A program made the position numbers and the translations under genes. From NCBI GenBank assembly GCA_937921825.1, contig CAKZVK010000019.1, positions 966 to 64,965 on the forward strand: 64,000 nt of DNA. Direction: 5' to 3'. Below, in pieces: positions 47,530-57,275 of this stretch (position 1 is its first letter; the number at the start of each line of letters is the position of its first letter). The stretch comes from an uncultured Saprospiraceae bacterium (GTDB lineage Bacteria > Bacteroidota > Bacteroidia > Chitinophagales > Saprospiraceae). The notes under the pieces were generated by a model, which made no database searches, was not told the DNA's origin, and was given only the letters and a program-made list of their open reading frames with translations.

Positions 47530-48213
47530 ATGGATCCAGAGAAAGTAAAACTACATCCCTCCTGGAAGAAACTCCTAAAGGAAGAATTCCAGAAACCTTA
47601 CTTTGATCAGCTCAGTGCTTTTCTCCATGAAGAAAAACTCAAAGGCTCTACAGTATATCCTCCTGGTAAGCTAATATTCAATGCTTTTGAGCTCACACCA
47701 CCAGAAGAATTAAAAGTGGTCATACTGGGACAAGACCCCTACCACAATCCAGGAGAAGCTATGGGTTTATGTTTCTCTGTGCCTAAGGAAATTAGAATAC
47801 CACCTTCCTTAAAAAATGTCTACAAAGAAATCAATCGAGATTTAGGGCTGGACATTCCTACACATGGGGATCTAACCAAATGGGCGCGCCAAGGTGTCCT
47901 TCTACTCAACGCAATGCTCACCGTGGAACATAAGAAAGCGGGGTCCCATAGTAAGATAGGCTGGCAAGCCTTTACTGATGCGGTCATCGCCACTATCTCT
48001 AAGGAGATGGAAGGTATAGTATTTCTACTATGGGGCAATTTTGCAAAGAGCAAAAAAGTACTGATTGATACTAACAGACATCACGTATTAGAGGCTGCTC
48101 ACCCTTCTCCCCTAGCCAGGAACGCCTTCAACAATTGTAAACATTTCTCAAAAACAAATGATTTTCTTCGGAATAATGGAAAGAATGAAATAGATTGGAG
48201 TATTGATTCTTAG
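47530..48213 (+). CDS. ung: Uracil-DNA glycosylase (family 1)
   Basis: 227 aa. GQDPYH, GVLLLN and HPSPL motifs. Confidence 0.95.
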   Translation: MDPEKVKLHPSWKKLLKEEFQKPYFDQLSAFLHEEKLKGSTVYPPGKLIFNAFELTPPEELKVVILGQDPYHNPGEAMGLCFSVPKEIRIPPSLKNVYKEINRDLGLDIPTHGDLTKWARQGVLLLNAMLTVEHKKAGSHSKIGWQAFTDAVIATISKEMEGIVFLLWGNFAKSKKVLIDTNRHHVLEAAHPSPLARNAFNNCKHFSKTNDFLRNNGKNEIDWSIDS

Positions 48214-48215
48214 TT

Positions 48216-48620
48216 ATGCAATCCAAGTTTAAATTTCTAATCTTATTAACCTCTGCTCTAGGGTCTATAGCCGTTATACTTGGCGCTTTCGGTAGTCACT
48301 ATCTAGCAGAAAGATTAAGTACTAAATCCCTTAGTGCCTATAAGACAGGCGTTGAATATCAATTTATTCATACCCTTGCTTTATTCGGTACAGCCTTGCT
48401 CTACAGAATATACCGCATCAAAGGACTATTCTATGTCGGCCTTTATTTTTTATTTGGTATCCTCATGTTCTCTGGCAGCTTGTACATATTAGCTCTTAAA
48501 GATTTCCTGGGTTGGAATATACCGAAGCTATTTGGGCTTATTACGCCTCTTGGAGGGATGGCCTTATTGGGTGCATGGGCCGCAATGTTCTTTACAGTCA
48601 TTAAAATAAAAACTGAATAA
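48216..48620 (+). CDS. DUF423 (YgdD-like) small membrane protein
   Basis: 134 aa with four TM helices. GAFGSH near TM1 is typical of DUF423. Confidence 0.7.
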   Translation: MQSKFKFLILLTSALGSIAVILGAFGSHYLAERLSTKSLSAYKTGVEYQFIHTLALFGTALLYRIYRIKGLFYVGLYFLFGILMFSGSLYILALKDFLGWNIPKLFGLITPLGGMALLGAWAAMFFTVIKIKTE

Positions 48621-48642
48621 TCAGACTCTAATACAACTTACG

Positions 48643-49071
48643 ATGAAAAACATATTCACATTACTAGTTATCGTCATAGGCTTGCATACTGCAGCCAAGG
48701 GACAATTCAGAGTAGGCTTTGGATCACAAGCTATTTTCGAAACCACTACCATAGGTTCCCAAGGCAAGCTTATCTATGAATCGGATAATGCTTGGAGAAT
48801 AGGAAGTACATTCACCTATCATTTCAGGAAAAGTAACAATTGGACGATAGATCTAGATGGACAGTATAGATTGATTACTGTAGGTGAAAGTGTAGAATTC
48901 TATCCATTACTAGGATTCTCATACAACGATAATGACGTCAGTAATAATCTGAATTTTAATGGAGGGGTCTTTGTAGAGTTGCCTATCGGCGATTATACTT
49001 TCTATATAGAACCAAAATATACTTTCAATAAGTTGAATGCATTCATACTCTCAGGCGGACTATTATTTTAG
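48643..49071 (+). CDS. Small outer-membrane beta-barrel-like protein
   Basis: Signal peptide, alternating beta-strand pattern, and a terminal aromatic (LLF). Confidence 0.5.
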   Translation: MKNIFTLLVIVIGLHTAAKGQFRVGFGSQAIFETTTIGSQGKLIYESDNAWRIGSTFTYHFRKSNNWTIDLDGQYRLITVGESVEFYPLLGFSYNDNDVSNNLNFNGGVFVELPIGDYTFYIEPKYTFNKLNAFILSGGLLF

Positions 49072-49101
49072 ACCAATAGTCTGAGTACTAAGAAACTAAA
49101 A

Positions 49102-49130
49102 AAGGCATCCCAGATTGGAATGCCTTTTTT
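49102..49130. terminator. Bidirectional terminator between convergent genes
   Basis: Stem AAGGCAT/ATGCCTT, flanked by an A-run and a T-run. Confidence 0.6.
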
Positions 49131-49153
49131 TATGTCTATAATATTTCTTAAGC

Positions 49154-49510
49154 TTAGTTCTGATATAAGCTTTCTATTTCTTCTGCATTGTCAGCCCAAG
49201 GTGTTCCATCACATACTGTTTCTTGGTCAGGTCCGCCTAACTCACATAATAGGATACAATCTTCAGTGTAAATCTCTATCGTTTTATTAGGATTACATGA
49301 CCCCCAGTTAAAACAGTACACTGTCTCTGCTCTGAAGGCAAAAGTCACTAAGTTGCCACCTATAGATCCTGCTGTTGATTCACAGACAGTATCGTCTGCT
49401 TCGAACTCATCAAGTTTTTCTTGAATGCAAACTGGAAGCTCATCATCTCCGCAAGATGAAATAGAAAAGCTTAATAAGATTGCTGAGATAAAAAATGAAA
49501 GTAGTCTCAT
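49154..49510 (-). CDS. Cys-rich lipoprotein, function unknown
   Basis: Lipobox ISSC. 118 aa with 7 further Cys. Confidence 0.55.
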   Translation of the reverse strand: MRLLSFFISAILLSFSISSCGDDELPVCIQEKLDEFEADDTVCESTAGSIGGNLVTFAFRAETVYCFNWGSCNPNKTIEIYTEDCILLCELGGPDQETVCDGTPWADNAEEIESLYQN

Positions 49511-49530
49511 ACGATATAATTTTAAAGTTA

Positions 49531-49806
49531 TTAATTATCAGAAAACGGCTCACTGTAGATCTCATCTGCGAGTCTCCTTCTGTTCTTCCACCATAAGAAT
49601 CCCAAACCAAAAACAAGTAGGTAGGGCACAGAAAGCATATAGAGGATACCTCTATTCAAGCCTTGTCCAGCACTACCTCCATCTTTAAGATTAGATTCTG
49701 CTGACATCTTACACATAGGGCACTGAGCCAAAGCTTCTACATCCAATCCTAGGACAAGGAGAAGAACCAAACTTGTAATGAGTAATATTCTATGCGATGC
49801 ATTCAT
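49531..49806 (-). CDS. Small bitopic membrane protein with a CPMC motif
   Basis: 91 aa. N-terminal signal/TM segment, AQCPMCKM, then a C-terminal TM segment (ILYMLSVPYLLVFGLGFLWW). Confidence 0.6.
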   Translation of the reverse strand: MNASHRILLITSLVLLLVLGLDVEALAQCPMCKMSAESNLKDGGSAGQGLNRGILYMLSVPYLLVFGLGFLWWKNRRRLADEIYSEPFSDN

Positions 49807-49836
49807 ACTTTAAAATTAAGCTATATAAATCAAGCA

Positions 49837-50382
49837 TTAATGATTGTAACATGGTCTTAACATCAGATAGACTAGAGGGCCTGTAATCATAACATATAAC
49901 CATATGGGATAGACCCAGCGAGCTATTTTCTTATGCTTAGCCACTGAGAAAGTAATCCCCCTATTGAAAGTCAAGAGTATAAAAGGCAGACTGAGTCCCG
50001 CCAGAATGATATGTGTTATCAATATAAAAAAGTAAATATATCGTATGGTGCCGACGCCACAGTACTTTGTCTCAGGGGTAGTAAAATGATAACCTACATA
50101 TGAAAGCAAAAAGAAAAAGGAACAAAGGATAGCTCCAAATATCATGTTGCGATGTGCGGTAATGTTTTTCTTCTTGATGAATACTAACGCCATTATTAGG
50201 AAGACGGAAGCGACAGTATTGACGATGGCATGAAATGCCGGCATCCAACTGGTATCGAAATCCACCTCAAATCGCTTAGCAGGTCTCATAGCAATGACTA
50301 GGGCTATAACTACTACAGAAAGGACGTAAGCGACCTTATCTAAGGTTTTTAAAAGTTGTGGATTCTCTTTTCTAGCTTTCAT
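49837..50382 (-). CDS. DUF420 (CtaM-like) membrane protein
   Basis: 181 aa with 4-5 TM helices. Its position next to the oxidase cluster is typical of the DUF420/CtaM family. Confidence 0.65.
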   Translation of the reverse strand: MKARKENPQLLKTLDKVAYVLSVVVIALVIAMRPAKRFEVDFDTSWMPAFHAIVNTVASVFLIMALVFIKKKNITAHRNMIFGAILCSFFFLLSYVGYHFTTPETKYCGVGTIRYIYFFILITHIILAGLSLPFILLTFNRGITFSVAKHKKIARWVYPIWLYVMITGPLVYLMLRPCYNH

Positions 50383-50864
50383 TACTCTTTACCTCTTACT
50401 TTGATATCTCTTTCTTTTCTCTGTGGAACAATCAAGGCAAGGTCTTCCACTAACCTACTGATAGTCGCTTCAGTATCATCTGGATAAAGTTGTCTTACGA
50501 CCATCCCCGTATCTATGATCATATATTGATGACGCTTAATATCTAATTTCTCTGTAAAGGATGATGGTAGATCACTCGGTGTTTTCACCTGAAAAGTAAA
50601 GGCATCTTTAAACTGATCTGTCACTACCTCGGACTGAACACTAGCATCCTTGCACAGTAGCAGAGTCGTCTTGTAATAGAAGAGTTCCTTGAGTTGCATC
50701 TGTTCCTCTGGAGACCAGTCCAGTTCATTCATTAGATGTGTCTTAGGCACTAGTTGGTCTCGCTTCACTTTTCTCCACTCCAGACCATGCTGTAGAAATA
50801 ACCATGACCCCGCAGGAAACCCTACGATCATTATCAGAATTGCTATGGTCTTTAGGTACTTCAT
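50382..50864 (-). CDS. Membrane-anchored hypothetical protein (possible SCO/thioredoxin-fold relative lacking CxxxC)
   Basis: 160 aa with an N-terminal TM segment and a single Cys in the soluble domain. Its stop overlaps the start of the DUF420 gene. Confidence 0.4.
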   Translation of the reverse strand: MKYLKTIAILIMIVGFPAGSWLFLQHGLEWRKVKRDQLVPKTHLMNELDWSPEEQMQLKELFYYKTTLLLCKDASVQSEVVTDQFKDAFTFQVKTPSDLPSSFTEKLDIKRHQYMIIDTGMVVRQLYPDDTEATISRLVEDLALIVPQRKERDIKVRGKE

Positions 50865-50978
50865 ATAATCACAATAAAAAGTCTAGATGCTGTAAGGATA
50901 TACTGCAAAGATGTTGGTCTCTATTTAGAAAGGGTACTTTCAGTAAGAAACAATATTCTTCATGTATACCTAAAGAAA

Positions 50979-50997
50979 AAGGCCAACAAGTGGCCTT
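50979..50997 (-). terminator. Candidate terminator at the end of the ACIII-oxidase operon
   Basis: Stem AAGGCCA/TGGCCTT with loop ACAAG. U-rich on the minus strand. Lies about 25 nt downstream of the coxIV stop. Confidence 0.6.
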
Positions 50998-51021
50998 TTC
51001 TAATTTATCATATAAACTGAA

Positions 51022-51447
51022 TTAATGTCCAGTTTGTTTATGGTCTAGTTGTTTTGTTTGAGTGGATTGGACTCTTGGTTTGACCACAGTTTCTATCTCT
51101 GCTTGGTTCTTATCTTGGATTCCACTTCTACTATTCTTCCAGTAGTTTCCTTCCATTATAAAGGCAATGATAGCCCATACTAAAAGTCCTAATGGTAGCA
51201 ACACTGACTTTACCATGCCTGGTACTTCATACTTCATGTGCATGAATTCATATACGATAAGGTAAGCTTTCACTATACTCATCAGTATCATCATCCCTGC
51301 TATAAGCAGCTCTGGAAAATGAATACCTTCTACTAGATAGCCTTTTCCTAATAAGGCGAAGAGTACCTCTCCGATAGTAATTAAACCTAAAATGGTAATT
51401 ACCTTATATGCCTTACTCTTTGATTCTTCATATGTCAAATGACCCAT
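51022..51447 (-). CDS. Cytochrome c oxidase subunit IV-family small membrane protein
   Basis: 141 aa with three TM helices. Last gene of the oxidase operon. Confidence 0.65.
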   Translation of the reverse strand: MGHLTYEESKSKAYKVITILGLITIGEVLFALLGKGYLVEGIHFPELLIAGMMILMSIVKAYLIVYEFMHMKYEVPGMVKSVLLPLGLLVWAIIAFIMEGNYWKNSRSGIQDKNQAEIETVVKPRVQSTQTKQLDHKQTGH

Positions 51448-51480
51448 AGCTTAAATCTTAATTTCTGTTAGTCTATTAAT

Positions 51481-52404
51481 TTATATAAGGTAGAATACCA
51501 AGAAAACAAATACCCATACTAAATCGACAAAGTGCCAGTATAGGCCTATCTTCTCGACCATCTCGTATCCATTTCTTCTCTTGACATATAGGCCTGTAGC
51601 AGAATTGATACAGATAATAATCAAGAAGATAACTCCCGATAGAACGTGAAATCCGTGAAAGCCAGTTATGAAAAAGAACAAAGCACCGAAGGCTTTAGGA
51701 CCAAAGGCTTGGTTCTTCACTAACTTGTTACCACTGTCATCCATCATATTCTTACCATCCGCATCTAGTACTTCGTAAGGTAGATTGCCCCATTCGCCAT
51801 CATGCTTGTGGATTAGGTAAGAATCACCTGGCTGGAAGGTATCTCCAGCTTTTATTTCGTGGCCGTCTCCAGCTAAGTATCTTCCATGTTCTGTGTGCGC
51901 ACTGAATGGGTTCTTAGTAACACTTACATGCTCTGCCTTTATTAATGTCGTCCACTCCCATGCCTGACATGATAAGAAACCAATACCACCAATAATAGTC
52001 AGTACCATCCAGAATACAACACCTTGCTTATTCTCTCTGTGGCCTTCCTGTACCGCTCTTACCATAGTAAATGAACTAAAGAGTAGAACGAAAGTCATCA
52101 GGGTTACGAAAAGTAGAGGCTTATGATGTAGTGTCCCAGTAAACCATGGAAAGGCACTGAAAACAAAATCTGGAATTGGCCATGTAGGCATACTCATTCT
52201 GAGGGTTCCATATGCAATCAAAAAACCTGCAAAGGTAAATGCATCTGAAAGTAGAAAATACCACATCATCAATTTTCCATAGCTCGCCTTGAAAGGCTGC
52301 TTGCCACCATCCCATAGTTTCTCATCCCCACCATGATCGTGGTGATCAGTACCATGATCGGTGTGATGTGTCATTGTATCTGCCATTGAAATCTTATTTA
52401 ACAA
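51481..52404 (-). CDS. Cytochrome c oxidase subunit III (long form)
   Basis: C-terminal GFHGFHVLSGVIFL and YWHFVDLVWVFVF signatures. The start is either 52404 or the ATG at 52386. Confidence 0.88.
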   Translation of the reverse strand: MLNKISMADTMTHHTDHGTDHHDHGGDEKLWDGGKQPFKASYGKLMMWYFLLSDAFTFAGFLIAYGTLRMSMPTWPIPDFVFSAFPWFTGTLHHKPLLFVTLMTFVLLFSSFTMVRAVQEGHRENKQGVVFWMVLTIIGGIGFLSCQAWEWTTLIKAEHVSVTKNPFSAHTEHGRYLAGDGHEIKAGDTFQPGDSYLIHKHDGEWGNLPYEVLDADGKNMMDDSGNKLVKNQAFGPKAFGALFFFITGFHGFHVLSGVIFLIIICINSATGLYVKRRNGYEMVEKIGLYWHFVDLVWVFVFLVFYLI

Positions 52405-52990
52405 ACATTAAAAAGCATAATAAATAAATCCATAGTACATCAACAAAATGCCAGTAATGCAATACCAGCTTAAATCTTGTCTTTCTCTTTTCTGTAACTA
52501 TGAATGGTAAGGTATAGGCATGTAGGATCGCAACCGTAATTGCACCTATGCCTCCTATTATATGTAAGGCATGTAAGCCTGTGATGAGATACATAAATGA
52601 CCCACTCACATTGGCTACAAAATCTACACCTCCTTCAAAAAGTGTAATCCATCCCTTGTATTGTAATACAACGAAAGCTACTCCGAGTACAAATGAAACT
52701 AAAAGTAAGCTCTTATATCCTCCTTCCTTATTCTTAGTAAAAGAATTATAAGAGAGATGCAATGTCACGCTACTTAGTAATAAGGTAGCTGTACTGAAAT
52801 AGAAATAATCTGGAATAATATATTCCAACCAATCACCTTGCGCATGCTTAACAATATAGGCACTCGTCAAAGCAGCAAACATCATCATGATACTCCCGAA
52901 TGCAATGTAGAGTGCAAAGAGCTGAGGATGAATTCTGTTCCTAACTGTAAGAGGATTGATCGTTTGTGTCTTCATTTTCTGCTTAGCCAA
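52394..52990 (-). CDS. Cytochrome c oxidase subunit III (short form)
   Basis: 198 aa. GLHALHIIGG and YWHFVDVLW signatures. Confidence 0.88.
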   Translation of the reverse strand: MAKQKMKTQTINPLTVRNRIHPQLFALYIAFGSIMMMFAALTSAYIVKHAQGDWLEYIIPDYFYFSTATLLLSSVTLHLSYNSFTKNKEGGYKSLLLVSFVLGVAFVVLQYKGWITLFEGGVDFVANVSGSFMYLITGLHALHIIGGIGAITVAILHAYTLPFIVTEKRKTRFKLVLHYWHFVDVLWIYLLCFLMFVK

Positions 52991-53879
52991 TTAGGTAAAG
53001 GAATAATACTACTGGTAGGTAGAAAAATGAACTAAACATCAGACCTAAAGCGGTCTTTCTAGAAGGATTAAGTTGCAGTCTTAATCCCATTATAGTATAG
53101 GCTATGGTAGAAACCACAATAGCCAACGTTGCTATTAAACTTGTATCTACTCCTGACATGTAAGCCCACCATACAGTCGGTAGTATAAGTAGACTGTAGG
53201 CCGCAGAATAAATACCCAAATTCTTATCGATCTTTCCATCAGAAGACTTTGGTAATAGCTTATACCCTGCTTTTTCATAATCATCGAAAGAGAGGTAGGC
53301 TATAGCCCAAAAGTGTGGAAACTGCCATAGAAATTGAATCAAAAAAAGTGTCACACCTAGTACCGTTATAGTACCGCTTTGTGCGACGACACCTATCAGC
53401 ACAGGTAAGGCTCCTGGAATACCCCCTATTGCTACCGATAGTGTAGTGTATCTTTTAAGTGGTGTATATAAGAATGCATATAAGACAAATGAAATCATCC
53501 CTAAGAAGGCAGTGAGTGGATTTATTAAACCCAAACAAAGGATTCCAAATACTAATAAGATCCCACTAAATAATACAGCCTCAGAACTCTTCATTCTGTC
53601 TGTAGCTAGTGGTCTATTCTTAGTTCTGTCCATGATCGCGTCATGTTCCTTTTCCAGAACTTGGTTCACAGCATTAGCCGCTCCTGATACAGCAAAACCA
53701 CCTACGAAAAGTAATGAAGCAATCACTAGATCAAAACCCAAACCTGCAGCTATGCCATAAGCTAAGACTGATGATACAACGACCATCAAAGTCAGCTTAA
53801 ACTTCACCAGCATCTTGTAGTCCTGTATCTTGGATACTGGAACTGTGGTTTCGATATTTTTAGCGAGTACTTTGCTCAA
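52983..53879 (-). CDS. ctaB: Protoheme IX farnesyltransferase (heme O synthase)
   Basis: 298 aa. UbiA-family motifs (NQVLEKEHDAIMDRTKNRPL, WQFPHFWAIA). Confidence 0.92.
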   Translation of the reverse strand: MSKVLAKNIETTVPVSKIQDYKMLVKFKLTLMVVVSSVLAYGIAAGLGFDLVIASLLFVGGFAVSGAANAVNQVLEKEHDAIMDRTKNRPLATDRMKSSEAVLFSGILLVFGILCLGLINPLTAFLGMISFVLYAFLYTPLKRYTTLSVAIGGIPGALPVLIGVVAQSGTITVLGVTLFLIQFLWQFPHFWAIAYLSFDDYEKAGYKLLPKSSDGKIDKNLGIYSAAYSLLILPTVWWAYMSGVDTSLIATLAIVVSTIAYTIMGLRLQLNPSRKTALGLMFSSFFYLPVVLFLYLIG

Positions 53880-53901
53880 AACTTTCTTTTCAAAAAATCT
53901 A

Positions 53902-55752
53902 TTAGTGGTCTCCTGCTACTTCTCCTTCCTCTAGAGGGAAAATCTGTGGTACGAATTCCTTACCATCTTTTCCATAATCATATGGCCATCTATGTACTGA
54001 AGGAATCTTTCCAGGCCAGTTACCATGACCAGTTTCTATAGGTGTAGTCCACTCAAGTGTATTAGCACCATAAGGATTCTTAGTCGTCATCTTCTTACCA
54101 TTGAATATGCTATAGAAGAAGTTAATTACCATTAGAACCTGAGCTGCAAATACGACTACTGCTGCTACAGTTATAAACTGATTCATCTCACCAAAATGTT
54201 TGAAGGCATCGAAGGTTTCGAAGCTATAATATCTTCTTGGTACTCCTGCCATACCTAGATAATGCATAGGCCAGAAAATAGCGTAAGCACCTACTAGAGT
54301 AACCCAGAAGTGAATTTTTCCTAAAGTCTCGTTCATGAACCTTCCGAACATCTTAGGGAACCAGTGGTAGACCCCTGCGTACATCCCAAAGAAAGCAGCG
54401 ACCCCCATCACGATATGGAAGTGAGCGACTACGAAATAAGTATCATGCAGTTGTATATCAATAGCTGAGTTTCCTAAGAAGATTCCTGTCAGTCCTCCTG
54501 AAATAAACATTGAAACGAAACCTATCGAAAACAACATCGATGAGGTAAAACGTATGTTACCTCCCCATAGAGTTGTAATCCAGTTAAAGACCTTGACGGC
54601 TGAGGGGACGGCTATGATCAGTGTGAATATCACGAAGAAATTAGATAAGAATGGATTTACACCTGACATGAACATGTGATGCGCCCATACTATAAATGCT
54701 AGGAACCCAATTCCTAAGATAGAATATACCATCGCCATGTAACCAAATATTGGTTTTCTAGCATGTACAGATAATACTTCTGATACAATTCCCATCGCTG
54801 GGAGGATGATAATATATACTTCAGGGTGGCCTAAGAACCAGAATAAATGCTGGTATAAGATTGGGCTACCTCCTACTCTATCAAGTGCCTGTCCCTCTAT
54901 GAATATTTCACTCAAGAAGAAACTCGTTCCTAATCCCCTGTCAAACATCAACATGAAAAACCCTGATGCTAATACTGGGAATGATAATACTCCTAGAATG
55001 GCAGTGACAAAAAATGCCCACATAGGTAGTGGCATTCTAAACATTGTCATTCCTTTAGTTCTAAGGTTAAGTATAGTAGTGATATAGTTTATTCCTCCTA
55101 ATAAGGCAGAAACAACAAATAAAGTCAAACTAACTAACCATAAGGTCATACCAGTTCCGGATCCACTAGAGGCCTGTGGTAAGGCACTCAGCGGAGGATA
55201 GGCTGTCCAACCACCTGCGAAAGGTCCAGTACTCAAGAATAGTGAGTAAAACATCACTACACTAGCTAGGAAAAAGAACCAGTACGATAACATATTCAAG
55301 AAAGGTGAGGCCATATCTCTGGCTCCTACCTGCAATGGAATCAATAAGTTACTAAAGGTTCCACTTAGTCCTGCGGTCAATACAAAGAAGACGAGTATCG
55401 TTCCGTGCATCGTCACTAGGGCATAATAAAACTCAGGTGACAATTGACCGACGCCTTCGTTTACAGTTATCCACTTACCTAGGATAGGCTTTATCCATTG
55501 TAAGTCTGCTTCAGGAAATCCTAACTGGAGTCTGAATACAATTGACATAGCTGCACCAATTATCGCCCAGAACATTCCTGTAATAAGGAATTGTCTCGCA
55601 ATAATTTTATGGTCCATACTGAATATGTAGTGACCTATAAAACTAGATTGGTACTTATCACCATGATGATGCTCATGAAAATGATCATCGTATCCTTGCT
55701 CTTCTATCAAGACCTCTACTGGGTCATTTGGATTTACATGTACGTGTGCCAT
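53902..55752 (-). CDS. ctaD: Cytochrome c oxidase subunit I
   Basis: 616 aa. WFLGHPEVYIIILP, VWAHHMF and HDTYFVVAHFH heme/CuB ligand motifs. Confidence 0.95.
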   Translation of the reverse strand: MAHVHVNPNDPVEVLIEEQGYDDHFHEHHHGDKYQSSFIGHYIFSMDHKIIARQFLITGMFWAIIGAAMSIVFRLQLGFPEADLQWIKPILGKWITVNEGVGQLSPEFYYALVTMHGTILVFFVLTAGLSGTFSNLLIPLQVGARDMASPFLNMLSYWFFFLASVVMFYSLFLSTGPFAGGWTAYPPLSALPQASSGSGTGMTLWLVSLTLFVVSALLGGINYITTILNLRTKGMTMFRMPLPMWAFFVTAILGVLSFPVLASGFFMLMFDRGLGTSFFLSEIFIEGQALDRVGGSPILYQHLFWFLGHPEVYIIILPAMGIVSEVLSVHARKPIFGYMAMVYSILGIGFLAFIVWAHHMFMSGVNPFLSNFFVIFTLIIAVPSAVKVFNWITTLWGGNIRFTSSMLFSIGFVSMFISGGLTGIFLGNSAIDIQLHDTYFVVAHFHIVMGVAAFFGMYAGVYHWFPKMFGRFMNETLGKIHFWVTLVGAYAIFWPMHYLGMAGVPRRYYSFETFDAFKHFGEMNQFITVAAVVVFAAQVLMVINFFYSIFNGKKMTTKNPYGANTLEWTTPIETGHGNWPGKIPSVHRWPYDYGKDGKEFVPQIFPLEEGEVAGDH

Positions 55753-55758
55753 GATGAT

Positions 55759-57252
55759 TTATTTTGAAATTATTTTTAATTCGGTTCTTCTATTCGCTTG
55801 TCTGCCTTCAGGGGTTTCATTAGTCTCTATCGGACTATTTTCACCATACCCTCTTGCAGTCAAGTTTGCGGCAGAGACTCCTTTTGTTCTTAGGAAATTG
55901 AGAACTGACTGAGCTCTATCCTGAGATAATATTTGATTAGCGCCATCGTCGCCTTGGCTGTCGGTATGACCACCAAGTTCTACTTTGACATTTGAATTTG
56001 CTTGGAGTAGAGCAGCTAGGTTATTTAACTCGAACTTAGACTGATCCTGTAGCAGAGAAGATCCTGACTGGAAGAATACATTCTTCAAGTTGATCGTCGT
56101 TGCGCCTTCGCCTGTTAATGCTGAGCTAAACTCTTCTTTGAGCTCTTTGTCTCTCATTAGAATTTCCTGATCTAATAATTGACCTATGAAAGGATCATCT
56201 GCTGTATTTCTAATGTTAGACAAGTAGTATGAATTCTGCTCGCTTAACCAATTTTCATATTCCTCTTGAGAAACGATTTCTACAATTCTTCTCATACTGT
56301 AGTGCCCCTTGCCACATAACTCTGCACAAGCGAGCTCATATTGGAATTCTTCCCACATTTCAGGACCACTTGGATCTGTAGGATCTGCTGGCACTTGCCA
56401 CTCTGGATATTCTTTAAGTGATTGTCTGTATTCTGCAGTAGTCTTAGTCGGCGTAAATATGAAATACGTCGGTAAGCCAGGTACTGCATCCATCTTCACT
56501 CTGAAGTGAGGGAGATAGAAGTTATGTAGTACATCTTTAGAGTTAATTCTCACTCTTACTTTCTTACCTACTGGCAGAACAATTTTATCAGGATGAAAAT
56601 CATCTACATTTTTTAGATCTGTCCAGTCTTGACCTAGTGGATTTACACCTGGTTTTATAAGTCTAAAGTTCTTAGTTCCTAATTTACCATCTGCTCCAGG
56701 GTATCTTATATCCCATGCAAATTGGTATCCAGTAGCTTCTATTTCTATATGCTCTTCTTCTGGGTCGACATCTGCCATTACAATATTCCAAACGTTCAGA
56801 CCTCTTACAACTAAGAAGATCAAAACGATACTCGGTATTACAGTCCAGATTATCTCTAGCTTAGTACTGTGAGAAAAGAACGTTGCTTTTCTATTGTTGT
56901 CTTGTCTGTACTTGTAACTGAACCAGAACAAAGCAATATGCGTCAGTACGAATACGATACCTGTAAAGAATAAGGTAACATTGAATATACTATCCAACTC
57001 TGCCCCATGTTCAGAGGCAGCCCCATGCGGACCATAACCTAACATCACATCTTTATAAGCATAAGCAGAGTATACACAGAAGACTAGAAATGCTACTAAG
57101 AACACAAGCATATAGAAACCTGTTCTGTTGTTCTTCTGCAGTTCTACCTCTTGCTCTCCTCTAATCTTGGCAGATAACTCTGATACACGTCCTAGCTGCA
57201 CGACTATCACCGCGAGAAGGATTACTATCAATATGGCTACTAAACCTATCAT
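55759..57252 (-). CDS. ctaC: Cytochrome c oxidase subunit II with a C-terminal OmpA-like domain
   Basis: CuA site HNFYLP...CAELCGKGHYSM. The C-terminal segment of about 110 aa, NVFFQSGSS...LGGHTDSQGDDGANQILSQDRAQSV...GYGENSPI...NRRTELKI, is an OmpA/MotB-type domain. Confidence 0.88.
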   Translation of the reverse strand: MIGLVAILIVILLAVIVVQLGRVSELSAKIRGEQEVELQKNNRTGFYMLVFLVAFLVFCVYSAYAYKDVMLGYGPHGAASEHGAELDSIFNVTLFFTGIVFVLTHIALFWFSYKYRQDNNRKATFFSHSTKLEIIWTVIPSIVLIFLVVRGLNVWNIVMADVDPEEEHIEIEATGYQFAWDIRYPGADGKLGTKNFRLIKPGVNPLGQDWTDLKNVDDFHPDKIVLPVGKKVRVRINSKDVLHNFYLPHFRVKMDAVPGLPTYFIFTPTKTTAEYRQSLKEYPEWQVPADPTDPSGPEMWEEFQYELACAELCGKGHYSMRRIVEIVSQEEYENWLSEQNSYYLSNIRNTADDPFIGQLLDQEILMRDKELKEEFSSALTGEGATTINLKNVFFQSGSSLLQDQSKFELNNLAALLQANSNVKVELGGHTDSQGDDGANQILSQDRAQSVLNFLRTKGVSAANLTARGYGENSPIETNETPEGRQANRRTELKIISK

Positions 57253-57275
57253 TTATCTTTAATTAAAATTGTGAT

